From a virus (taxonomy: Duplodnaviria; Caudoviricetes): a stretch of 33,385 nt of DNA. Shown piece after piece: positions 1-8,210 of this stretch. Positions within the stretch are counted from its first letter, which is position 1, and every line of letters starts with the position of its first letter. The notes under the pieces are model-generated. The model was not told where the DNA came from, did no database searches, and saw only the letters and a program-made list of their open reading frames with translations. Position numbers and translations under genes: made by a program. The stretch lies in the IMG/VR virus record IMGVR_UViG_3300032136_000016, positions 1 through 33,385 of that record. One strand, given 5' to 3'.

Positions 1-837
1 CTGAACGAGAACGAAATGTTCCGTGCCGTTCACGATTATTTCGGCCACGGCATCAGAGGGAACGCGTTCGGGCCGAAGGGCGAAGAGATCGCATACGCGT
101 CGCACAGCAAGATGTACTCGCCTCTGGCGAGGTCGGCTATGGCGGCGGAGACGCGGGGGCAGAACAGTTTCGTGAACTTCAGCCCGATCAATGCTGCGGA
201 CAGCCTGCGGGCGCAGGAACTCAAGGACATGGTGCGCCGTGGCGAGATGAGCCCGGCCGACATCCAGCAGGAACTCGACGCAATAAATGCGCGTCAGGTC
301 TTTGCGGACCAGTCGGCAACTCTGCTGCCACCCGAGATGCTGGACATCAATTACCCGGGCGGCGTGCCTGAGTATCTCCGCAATGTCGTGAGGCCGTCCC
401 CGGAGACAACCGTTTCAACCCCGGCCATGCATTACAGCAAATCTCCGGACCTGCGATTCACTGACCCGGCATTTTACGGGACGTCGCATCGTGGCGGAGA
501 GTACCAGCGCATGGGGAGGGAGGATTTCCCGGCCCCGGCCCGCACTTATTTCTACGCCGGAACGCCAGAGGCGCATCGCCCGGAGCGGATGATCGCCACA
601 AAGGCCCGTACGCCATACAAGGCTGACATTGAGGGGCTGTATGACATCGAGGCGGACCCAGAGGGCCTACGGGCTCTGGCTCAGGCAAAGACGCCTCAGG
701 GGATCGCGGACAGGTCTTCCGCGATCATTAACGTCCTTGAGCGCCTGATCGATGAATATGGATATTCCGGCTATATTGCCCCGAGAAGCGCGGCCTTGGC
801 ACGGTATGGGAAGCAGAGAGTGGAGAGGGTCGACTGA
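1..837 (+). CDS. 5'-truncated polyvalent-type protein: N-terminal HDxxGH putative metal-binding domain plus C-terminal ADP-ribosyltransferase-like domain
   Basis: Frame is open from base 1 (LNENEMFRAVHDYFGH...GEEIAYASH...ETRGQNSFVNF). The C-terminal half has HYS...RTYFY...GLYD...GYSGY, a spacing reminiscent of ART-PolyVal-like domains. Stop overlaps the next start (TGATG). Confidence 0.55.
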   Translation: MNENEMFRAVHDYFGHGIRGNAFGPKGEEIAYASHSKMYSPLARSAMAAETRGQNSFVNFSPINAADSLRAQELKDMVRRGEMSPADIQQELDAINARQVFADQSATLLPPEMLDINYPGGVPEYLRNVVRPSPETTVSTPAMHYSKSPDLRFTDPAFYGTSHRGGEYQRMGREDFPAPARTYFYAGTPEAHRPERMIATKARTPYKADIEGLYDIEADPEGLRALAQAKTPQGIADRSSAIINVLERLIDEYGYSGYIAPRSAALARYGKQRVERVD

Positions 838-2066
838 TGGCGGAAGGGGCACTCCAGAGTGCGCTGAAGATGCGGCAGCAGGCGCGCGAGTGGGCGCGTC
901 CGGAGGGTTATGACTTTGCCACAATTCTGCCCTACGCCATCAACCGCGCGACAGGGCAGGCCGAGTGGGCTATCCCTGCATTCCTTCGTGACAGCGCGGT
1001 TGGCCTCGTGGATCTCGTGACGGGCCCGCAAGTTGGTGATATGACGCCGGAGGCCACCATGGCCCTGATGGATCTCGCCGGCGCCGGGATGGCGGCTCCC
1101 AAGCCGAGAGGGGCGCTTGGAATATTCGGGGGGAAGAGCGCGAAGACAGCAGACCTAGACGCTCTGAGCATGGCGCGGGACATGGAGCGCGCTGGCGCCT
1201 CACCGTCGGAGATATGGTCAAAGACCGGATGGGGGCGCGGCGCTGACGAAAAGTGGCGCTTCGAGATCGACGACAGCAAGGCAAGGCGCACAGAGAAGAC
1301 TGAGCGCAACGATCTGATGCAGAGGATGTCAGACGAGAGATACGCCGCAGAGGAAGCGGGTGACACGGAAACCTATGAGCGCTTGACGCGTGAGTTGTGG
1401 GACGAATTTGGCCCGGGCGCCGGTGTTCAAGATGGCGTCAGGGCCAAATATTTCCACGACCATCCGGAACTTTTCGAGGCGTACCCTCAATTGGGCGAGA
1501 TGGTCATAAGGCAGCCTGACCTGCCGGATAACACTCTCGGGGTTTATTACCCGGGGGCGCAGGGCGTTGATATAGGATGGAATGTGCCGTGGAAGACGGG
1601 CGCTGATCTGCACGAATTGCAGCACGCCGTTCAGGACATCGAAGGCTTCGCTCGTGGCTCTAGCCCTGATGAGTTCTTTCCGGACTACGGTGTGGCCGCG
1701 AAACGGCTTAGAGAGTCCATAGCCGTCAAAAGAGCACAGGAACTTATGGACGAGGCTGGCATGACGGCCAAAGACGCCGCAGATTTCGTCGGTGAAGCAA
1801 ACAAGGTCGATCCTCGCAATATTGAGTTTATTCTCACGGAAAGGGCCAAGTCAGCGAGCCCTCCGGATCTTGACGCCATCATCGAAAAGCAAACGAAAAA
1901 CATGGAAGAGATGAATCCCAGCAGCATGTACCGCCGAGTCGCAGGAGAGGCCGAGGCGAGAAACGTCCAGAAAAGGATGGAGTGGGATGCCGCTCGCAGG
2001 CGCGCGGTTCTTCCCTCTTTGACGGAAGACGTACCCCGCGACCGGCAAATCGTGAAAGGACGCTAA
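837..2066 (+). CDS. Large polyvalent protein-associated (LPD23-like) protein with zincin HExxH metallopeptidase motif
   Basis: IWSKTGWGRGADEKWRFEIDD (LPD23-like), HPELFEAYP, LHELQHAVQDIEGFARG (HExxH), YRRVAGEAEARNVQKR; GGAGAGG RBS; TGATG coupling. Confidence 0.75.
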   Translation: MAEGALQSALKMRQQAREWARPEGYDFATILPYAINRATGQAEWAIPAFLRDSAVGLVDLVTGPQVGDMTPEATMALMDLAGAGMAAPKPRGALGIFGGKSAKTADLDALSMARDMERAGASPSEIWSKTGWGRGADEKWRFEIDDSKARRTEKTERNDLMQRMSDERYAAEEAGDTETYERLTRELWDEFGPGAGVQDGVRAKYFHDHPELFEAYPQLGEMVIRQPDLPDNTLGVYYPGAQGVDIGWNVPWKTGADLHELQHAVQDIEGFARGSSPDEFFPDYGVAAKRLRESIAVKRAQELMDEAGMTAKDAADFVGEANKVDPRNIEFILTERAKSASPPDLDAIIEKQTKNMEEMNPSSMYRRVAGEAEARNVQKRMEWDAARRRAVLPSLTEDVPRDRQIVKGR

Positions 2067-2067
2067 G

Positions 2068-3792
2068 ATGGCGGACGGAGCACTCCAGAGACATGCGCGC
2101 GGCACGGTAAGAGGCCCAGCGCACAATCCAAACATCGGCGGGGACCAATACTCGTACGCCCAGATGGGTTCTGACGTCGCGGACTGGGCGGTGGAAGACC
2201 CGCTGGATGCCGCAGCAATCGCCACGTCTCCGATCCCGATTGTCGGCGACGTCGTCGGCGGTGTGGCGGATCTGAACGCGCTTGTCGAGGATCCGAGCTG
2301 GACAAACGCCGGGCTCATGGCGGCTGGGCTGATCCCGTTCTTTCCGGCTGGGACTGTCGGGAGGGCGGCAAAAAAGATGGGGGTCAATCCCGACAAGGCG
2401 CAAGATCCGAGGTCCGTATCGCTTAACGACCTGCTGTATGGTGAGGAGGTTCTCCCGCTTGATGGGGGGAGGGCAAAAAACAAGTTGGAGCTGTCGCAGG
2501 CCTTGAATGAAAGGGCGAAAGAGCGCTTGGGGGCGCCTATAACTCCAGAAAGCTACGACGACAAATCGAGAGCATATCTCGCAAGAGTCATAGCCGAAGA
2601 GGCCAAGGAAGCCGCATCACGAAGCGGTAATGCGGCCACTTGGTACCGGGACAAGGTCGAGGGGGCGCACCGCGTCGTAGACCAGATCTACGGAGGCATC
2701 AAGCCGTCAGAGCGCCGCATGTTCAATTACGGATTGGCCGTCACATCAAATGGCGCAAGCGTCCCGGAAAATGCCAAAATGGCTCTCGGGGTGTTCGATT
2801 ACAAACGGCAGAATGGGCGGTTCCCGGAGCGGCTTTCCGACGCAGGTGTTGGCGGCGGCAAAGAAGCCAAAGCGATGGAAAACGCATTCAAGATTTACAA
2901 CAGGATGTCCGACAAGATCGGTGAGGATCAGTTCCTCAAGTTCTTGGACATGGATGTCACGAACAAGGATTTGAAAGCGGCTGGCTTTCCGGTCACCGGC
3001 GAGGGAATGGGGACCAAGCTGAAAGGGTCGGCAATCCTTGGGCCTAAAATCGGGCAGGGATTTTTCCAGAACCTTGAAGGTAATTTCAACCCTCTGACGT
3101 CCGACCGCTGGTGGATGCGGACGTGGGGGCGAATGACAGGTCAGCTTGTCCCTGATCCGGACCCCAAGGCCTTGATGAAACGGCGGGCCAGACTGAAGGA
3201 CGCGATCAAGACAAAAGAGGGCAAGGATCTTGTCAAAAACCTCGGCTTCAAAATGTCCGACCTCAAGACTAACGATGGTCTCGATGCGTTCGCGGATGCG
3301 GCATATAGACGATATAGCGCTGGCGGGTTCAAGGACAGAACTGAGGTCAACAGATCCGCGCAACGTCTGGCTGAGTCTAAAAGGGCAACGCTGGAATATC
3401 CGAGGGGCGCAAAAGAACGGGATTTTATGCGGTCCACCGTGGCAGATGCTCTTGACCTGTTGCGCCAAGATGGATTGGATATGGAAACTGCTGACCTTCA
3501 GGCTTTGCTGTGGTATCCTGAAAAAGAACTTTACGCAAAATACGGCATAGGAGGGAAGCGTGCAGCGCCAACGGATTATGAACGAGAGTTCACCGCTCTC
3601 GCGGAAAGTCGCGGAATTGACCTCTCGGGAAGTGGAGGAGGATCAATTCCCGATGTCGGGAGGAGAGGACAGCCGGGAGTATCTGGACTGGCTGTCGAGT
3701 CTGGACGACCAGAAAATCGAATCCTTGACGAACAAGCTGGGAACGACCCTCTCGCAGCGCTCGCTGAGGTCAGGGAACAGGGGCTGAAGTAA
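2068..3792 (+). CDS. Putative HhH-glycosylase-like enzyme (DUF7178-like) with N-terminal pre-toxin-like hydrophobic hairpin
   Basis: WY...LAVTSNG..V.EN...GPKIGQGFFQNLEG...TSDRWWMR...LQALLW pattern; residues ~44-95 DPLDAAAIATSPIPIVGDVVGGVADL...AGLMAAGLIPFFP. Confidence 0.6.
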   Translation: MADGALQRHARGTVRGPAHNPNIGGDQYSYAQMGSDVADWAVEDPLDAAAIATSPIPIVGDVVGGVADLNALVEDPSWTNAGLMAAGLIPFFPAGTVGRAAKKMGVNPDKAQDPRSVSLNDLLYGEEVLPLDGGRAKNKLELSQALNERAKERLGAPITPESYDDKSRAYLARVIAEEAKEAASRSGNAATWYRDKVEGAHRVVDQIYGGIKPSERRMFNYGLAVTSNGASVPENAKMALGVFDYKRQNGRFPERLSDAGVGGGKEAKAMENAFKIYNRMSDKIGEDQFLKFLDMDVTNKDLKAAGFPVTGEGMGTKLKGSAILGPKIGQGFFQNLEGNFNPLTSDRWWMRTWGRMTGQLVPDPDPKALMKRRARLKDAIKTKEGKDLVKNLGFKMSDLKTNDGLDAFADAAYRRYSAGGFKDRTEVNRSAQRLAESKRATLEYPRGAKERDFMRSTVADALDLLRQDGLDMETADLQALLWYPEKELYAKYGIGGKRAAPTDYEREFTALAESRGIDLSGSGGGSIPDVGRRGQPGVSGLAVESGRPENRILDEQAGNDPLAALAEVREQGLK

Positions 3793-3798
3793 CTCACC

Positions 3799-6429
3799 AT
3801 GCAGAACCGAGGACCATACATCACCGACGGGTTGCCGCGCGATCCGGGCGATGCCGAAGAGATCGAATTCATCCCGTCCGAGACCGAGGGCGGGATGATC
3901 AATGTTGGTTCTGAAGCGGAGGACGCCGTTGATCCGATCATTGCCGCTATGGAGGAAGTTCTCTCGGAGGGTGACGAGGGCCCGGATCCGGCAAGCCTTC
4001 AGTTCGATGCAAACCTCGCGTCGTTCATACCGCCGCAGGATCTGACGTCCATCGCGACCGAGCTTCTGGAACTTTACCGGCAGGACCGTGATGCGCGAAG
4101 CAAGCGTGACAAGATTTACGCGTCGGGGATCAAGCAAACCGGCTTTGGTGAGCCGGCCCCCGGAGGCGCCGATTTCGAGGGCGCTTCTCGCGTCACCTAC
4201 CCGCTCATGGGCGAGGCTGCGATTGACTTCGCGGCGTCTGCTTCGAAGGAGCTTCTCCCGCCTGAAGGGCCCGTCCGCACCAAGGTTCTGAACGAGGACG
4301 ACCAGACCTCGATCAAGCGTGCGGAGCGCAAGAAGCGCTACATGAACTGGCTCCTGACGACCGGGTGCCCGCAGTTCTACGCAGAGCACGAGCAGATGCT
4401 CCCGCAGCTCGGCCTCTCCGGAGCCGGCTACATAAAACTCTGGTGGGATGAGGGATTGCAGTGCGAGTTCATCAACGAGAGCCGTGCCGTCCTGCCGTAC
4501 AATTGCAGCGGCTGGCGTTCAGCCTATCGCCGCGCGATTGACTACGACTGGGACGAGGTCGAGATCCGCGACAAGGTCAACAGCGGGTTCCTGCGTCCTG
4601 AACCGTTCGAGGTACCGAGTGCAGAAGCGCCTGAGCCGACAGAGCCTGAGACGGCGAACAATGCGGTCGAGGGCAAGGACCAGACGACCGACAACCTCGA
4701 CGGCACGCGGCGGGTCATCGAGTTCGACCTGTATTACGACCTCTCCGGAGAGGACGCCTTTTTGGTCGACCCGGAAGGCAATTCGCGCCCGGGTTGGTAC
4801 AAGATCCTCGTAGACGAACAGAGCGAGGGAGTCGCGGCGATCTACCGCAAATATGACCCGGCTGAATTCCAGCGCAGCGGCCGGGTCAAGGAAGTCCACA
4901 ACGTCGTCGAGTACGGCTTTATCCCGTGGGAAGATGCATCGTACGTTGGACTGGCGCATGTTGCCGGCGGGATTTGCAAGGCTATCACCGGCGGGATCCG
5001 AGCACTGCACGATGCCGCACTGATCGCAAACCAGCCGGGCGGCCTGCGTCTGAAGGGCGCGCGCAACAGCGGCGAGAATATCAAGATCAAGCCGACTGCG
5101 GTTGTCGAGATCGACGGCGTCGACACGAACGACATCCGAAAGGTGTTCATGCCGCTCCCGTTCAACGGGCCTGACGCAGTTCTGTACCAGCTCGTCGGCA
5201 TGCTGATCGAGGCAGGGAAGGGCATTGTCTCGACGGCAGAGGAGAAGATCGCGGACGCGTCGGCGAACATGCCGGTCGGCACCACCATCGCCCTGATCGA
5301 GCAAGGCTCCAAGGTGATGTCGTCCATCCACGCGCGGCTGCACCGGTCGTTCGCGATGGAGCTGGAGATCATTCACCGGCTTCTGGCGGAGAACCTTGAG
5401 CCGGGCGAGGTCGAGCTCGACACCGGCTTCGAGATGGTCACGCCGGAAGAGTTCGACGGGCCGATGGATATCATCCCGGTGTCCGATCCGAACATTTTCG
5501 CCGAGACGCAGCGCTTTGCCATCCTGACCGAGGTTGCGAAGCTCATCGAGAGCCCGATGTTCCAGAGCCTCGGCTGGAACCTAGACGCACTTGCGCGCCG
5601 CTTCCTCGCCATGCTGAAGGTGCCGAACGCGGACGAGCTTCTGCCGCCGCCGCCGGAATCCGTTCCGATGAACGCGGTGGAAGAGAACGCGTCGATGGTT
5701 GGCGGGAACCCGTCTCAGGTGTATCCGTTCCAAGAACACGTCGCGCACTTGCAGATCCATTTCCAGTTCCTTGCGTCGCCCAGTTTTGGCATGAACCGGA
5801 TCATGGCCCAGACGCTGATCCCGGCCATACTGCAGCACATCAAGGATCATCTCGCGTTCTACTACGCCGACATGATGGGGAAGATCCTCCAGCGCGAGAG
5901 CGGCATTCCGATGGAGCAGTTGATGCAGATCGACGCGGATGGGCAGACGGACCAGCTTTCGTCTGCTTTCGCGCAGATCTCCGTGAACGCCATGAAGGAA
6001 ATGGATGAGCAGCTCAGTCAGGCGCCCAAGATCATCGAGGCGGCGGCAGAGTTCCTGAAGAAGGTCAACCCGAGTGTTGACCAGCTTGAGGTCATCCAGA
6101 AGCAGGCTGACGCGCTTCTGACGGAGGCTCAGGCGGCGCAGATCGAGGCTCAGGTGGAGAACGCCAAGTCTCAGCGCCAAGAGGACCGTGACGACATCGA
6201 GGCAGCCAATCGCATCGAGATTGACAAAAGGGAGCAGGACCGCAAGGACGCGGAACTGCTGCTCAAGGCGGAGATCGAGGCGAAGAACGCCGAAATCGCC
6301 GAGGCTCGCGCGGAGCTTGACGAGATGCGCCTCGCGATGGACCGCATCAACGCGAACAGGGACCGCGAGCTGAAGCGCCAAGAGATGGAAAGCCGGGGGA
6401 ATGGTTCCTCCGGACCAACTGCGGGTTGA
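3799..6429 (+). CDS. Phage portal protein (P22-like size, long C-terminal coiled coil)
   Basis: 876 aa; YPLMGEAAIDFAASASKELLPPEGPVRT...AERKKRYMNW, MPVGTTIALIEQGSKVMSSIHARLH, DIIPVSDPNIF; Q/E/A-rich helical C-terminus; first gene of the head module. Confidence 0.85.
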   Translation: MQNRGPYITDGLPRDPGDAEEIEFIPSETEGGMINVGSEAEDAVDPIIAAMEEVLSEGDEGPDPASLQFDANLASFIPPQDLTSIATELLELYRQDRDARSKRDKIYASGIKQTGFGEPAPGGADFEGASRVTYPLMGEAAIDFAASASKELLPPEGPVRTKVLNEDDQTSIKRAERKKRYMNWLLTTGCPQFYAEHEQMLPQLGLSGAGYIKLWWDEGLQCEFINESRAVLPYNCSGWRSAYRRAIDYDWDEVEIRDKVNSGFLRPEPFEVPSAEAPEPTEPETANNAVEGKDQTTDNLDGTRRVIEFDLYYDLSGEDAFLVDPEGNSRPGWYKILVDEQSEGVAAIYRKYDPAEFQRSGRVKEVHNVVEYGFIPWEDASYVGLAHVAGGICKAITGGIRALHDAALIANQPGGLRLKGARNSGENIKIKPTAVVEIDGVDTNDIRKVFMPLPFNGPDAVLYQLVGMLIEAGKGIVSTAEEKIADASANMPVGTTIALIEQGSKVMSSIHARLHRSFAMELEIIHRLLAENLEPGEVELDTGFEMVTPEEFDGPMDIIPVSDPNIFAETQRFAILTEVAKLIESPMFQSLGWNLDALARRFLAMLKVPNADELLPPPPESVPMNAVEENASMVGGNPSQVYPFQEHVAHLQIHFQFLASPSFGMNRIMAQTLIPAILQHIKDHLAFYYADMMGKILQRESGIPMEQLMQIDADGQTDQLSSAFAQISVNAMKEMDEQLSQAPKIIEAAAEFLKKVNPSVDQLEVIQKQADALLTEAQAAQIEAQVENAKSQRQEDRDDIEAANRIEIDKREQDRKDAELLLKAEIEAKNAEIAEARAELDEMRLAMDRINANRDRELKRQEMESRGNGSSGPTAG

Positions 6430-6457
6430 CAATCCCGCACAACTGTGAGAGGTCGCG

Positions 6458-6571
6458 ATGAAGGGTAACAAGAAAAAGCCGTCGATGAAGGACGTGTCGC
6501 CGCGCAAGCAGATGGCGATGGGCAAGAAACTGCCCGGCATGAAAAAGTCTGGATCTAAGAAGGCCTGCTGA
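6458..6571 (+). CDS. 37-aa lysine-rich peptide (not in ORF track)
   Basis: MKGNKKKPSMKDVSPRKQMAMGKKLPGMKKSGSKKAC; GAGAGG RBS; its TGA overlaps the next ATG (TGATG); fills the gap after the portal. Confidence 0.75.
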   Translation: MKGNKKKPSMKDVSPRKQMAMGKKLPGMKKSGSKKAC

Positions 6572-6789
6572 TGGCCCGACAGATCGCCCCAAGGGCAACC
6601 CTCTCTGAGAGGATCAGAGAGGGCGTCAAAGACGAGATAAAAGAGCGCGAGACTGCGCTCTGGTCGGGCTTCGACGGAACTGAAGAGAGCACTCGCGCTC
6701 TGCCGTATAAGATCGGCGTGATTCGCGGGCTTGTTACAGCGCTTGAGATAGTCAAGCAGTATGAGGAGAACCCAGAGGATGAAGATTGA
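6571..6789 (+). CDS. Small helical hypothetical protein between portal and GroES-like gene
   Basis: 72 aa, YKIGVIRGLVTALEI; coupled to the upstream peptide and overlapping the downstream gene. Confidence 0.75.
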   Translation: MARQIAPRATLSERIREGVKDEIKERETALWSGFDGTEESTRALPYKIGVIRGLVTALEIVKQYEENPEDED

Positions 6790-7165
6790 AGAGCTTTTCC
6801 CGGAAGCAGACCCGGGTGTAATTCCTTTCGGCTCCCGACTGGTAGTCCAGATCCGGAGCGTCCCCGAAAAGACACAAAGCGGTATCTGGCTCGGCGCCCA
6901 AACGAAGGAAGCCGAGAAGTGGAACACGCAGGTCGCGAAGGTCATCAGCCTTGGTCCTGTGGCATTCCGCGACCGCAAATCTCTGGAGCCTTGGCCTGAA
7001 GGAAACTGGGCAGAGGTCGGAGATTTTGTTCGAGTCCCGGCTTTTGGCGGGGACAAAATCGAGGTGGTAGTCGGTGATCGGAAGATCTTGTTCGTGATCT
7101 TCGAAGACACCGACATCGTCGCGAAAATCACCGGCGACCCCACGAAGGGGTCGGCCACATTCTGA
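6779..7165 (+). CDS. groES: Phage-encoded GroES-like co-chaperonin (Cpn10 fold)
   Basis: PFGSRLVVQ, mobile loop EKTQSGIWL, AKVISLG, EVGDFV, EDTDIVA. ATG 6779 chosen because GAGGAG lies upstream. Confidence 0.85.
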   Translation: MKIEELFPEADPGVIPFGSRLVVQIRSVPEKTQSGIWLGAQTKEAEKWNTQVAKVISLGPVAFRDRKSLEPWPEGNWAEVGDFVRVPAFGGDKIEVVVGDRKILFVIFEDTDIVAKITGDPTKGSATF

Positions 7166-7185
7166 CCGTACGGCGGAGGGCTTAA

Positions 7186-8172
7186 ATGGCAGAGCAGTAC
7201 CAAGACGACGAGGACATTCGCGATCAGGTCGAAGGCGACGAGCCTGACGACGAGGAGGATGATGACGCCTCCGACGACGATAACGACGACGGCCATGATG
7301 GCGACGACGGCGATGACGATGGTCCTGCCGGCTCCGACGATGACGGAGACGGCGATGACGAAAGCGGCATGTCCGCCGAGGAAAAGCGCGAGGCCCGTCG
7401 TCAGGCTCGCCGCAAGGCCCGTCAGCGCCGGAAGGAAAAGGCTCAGGCTGACAAGGAGAGGATCCGTCAGCTTGAGCGCCAGCTTGAGAGCGTGTCAGAG
7501 CGTCTGGCGCGCACAGAGAGCGGGCAGACGGCGTCCGACATGGCTCGCCTCGACGAGGCCATCGGGAAGGCGGAGGCTAACCTCGTCTATGCCCGAGAGC
7601 AGCGCAAGCAGGCTCTGGAGGAGGGCGATTACGACGCCGCCGACCAGCTTGACGACGTCATTTACTCCGCCCGGGCCGACCGAGACCGCCTGAAGGCGTT
7701 CAAGTCGAATATCTCGCGGCAGGTCTCGTCGCGTCAGCAGCCGATGGCTCCGCAGGTGTCAGAGGCGACCCGACGCGGGGCCGCCCAGTTCATGGAAAAG
7801 AACCCGTGGTACAAGGCCGACGGAGGCGATCAGGACAGCTCTATCGTGAACGCCATCGACGACGCCCTCGCTCGCGAAGGGTGGGATCCGAACAGCCGCG
7901 AATACTGGTCTGAACTGGAGCGCCGAACCAAAAATTACCTGCCGCACAGGTACGAGGCGGAGGCGCGACGGGGGACAAAGCAAAAGATCCGCGCGACCGG
8001 TGGGGGTCACTCCGGCGGACGGCGTGGCGCCGGCGTTGACGTCTCCGGGTTCGGTAACACTGACATCGAGCGAGCGGCAGTCCAGCAGTGGCGTGAGGCC
8101 GGTATCTGGGATACTCCCGAGCGCAAGAAGCAACTGATCTCGGCATTCCGCAAGGCAAACCAGTCCTCGTAG
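7186..8172 (+). CDS. Probable capsid scaffolding protein
   Basis: Very acidic low-complexity N-terminus, basic patch, long coiled coil, FMEKNPWY...YWSELERR; GGAGG RBS; upstream of the capsid genes. Confidence 0.75.
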   Translation: MAEQYQDDEDIRDQVEGDEPDDEEDDDASDDDNDDGHDGDDGDDDGPAGSDDDGDGDDESGMSAEEKREARRQARRKARQRRKEKAQADKERIRQLERQLESVSERLARTESGQTASDMARLDEAIGKAEANLVYAREQRKQALEEGDYDAADQLDDVIYSARADRDRLKAFKSNISRQVSSRQQPMAPQVSEATRRGAAQFMEKNPWYKADGGDQDSSIVNAIDDALAREGWDPNSREYWSELERRTKNYLPHRYEAEARRGTKQKIRATGGGHSGGRRGAGVDVSGFGNTDIERAAVQQWREAGIWDTPERKKQLISAFRKANQSS

Positions 8173-8180
8173 ACGGGCTG

Positions 8181-8210
8181 TTGACAGGAGATACGCACAT
8201 GAGCGATAAT
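8181..8210 (+). promoter_or_regulatory. Possible sigma70-type promoter TTGACA-N18-GATAAT
   Basis: TTGACA 8181-8186, GATAAT 8205-8210; overlaps the RBS and start codon of the 8199 gene. Confidence 0.3.

Noticed and set aside
3790-3801. Readthrough fusion of the glycosylase-like gene to the portal (TAA CTC ACC ATG is in frame)
   Set aside because: One-in-three chance of being in frame, TAA is an efficient stop, and there is no readthrough signal; the weak portal RBS is the only oddity.
6421-6455. TTGACA promoter or hairpin at the portal 3' end
   Set aside because: No acceptable -10 at 16-18 nt and the stem is only 5 bp.
5581-7296. 571-aa minus-strand ORF
   Set aside because: Antisense shadow of the portal/GroES/scaffold genes; no motifs; expected in high-GC coding DNA.
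7200-7365. GAC/GAT-rich low-complexity tract as a DNA repeat element
   Set aside because: Explained by the poly-Asp N-terminus of the scaffold protein.
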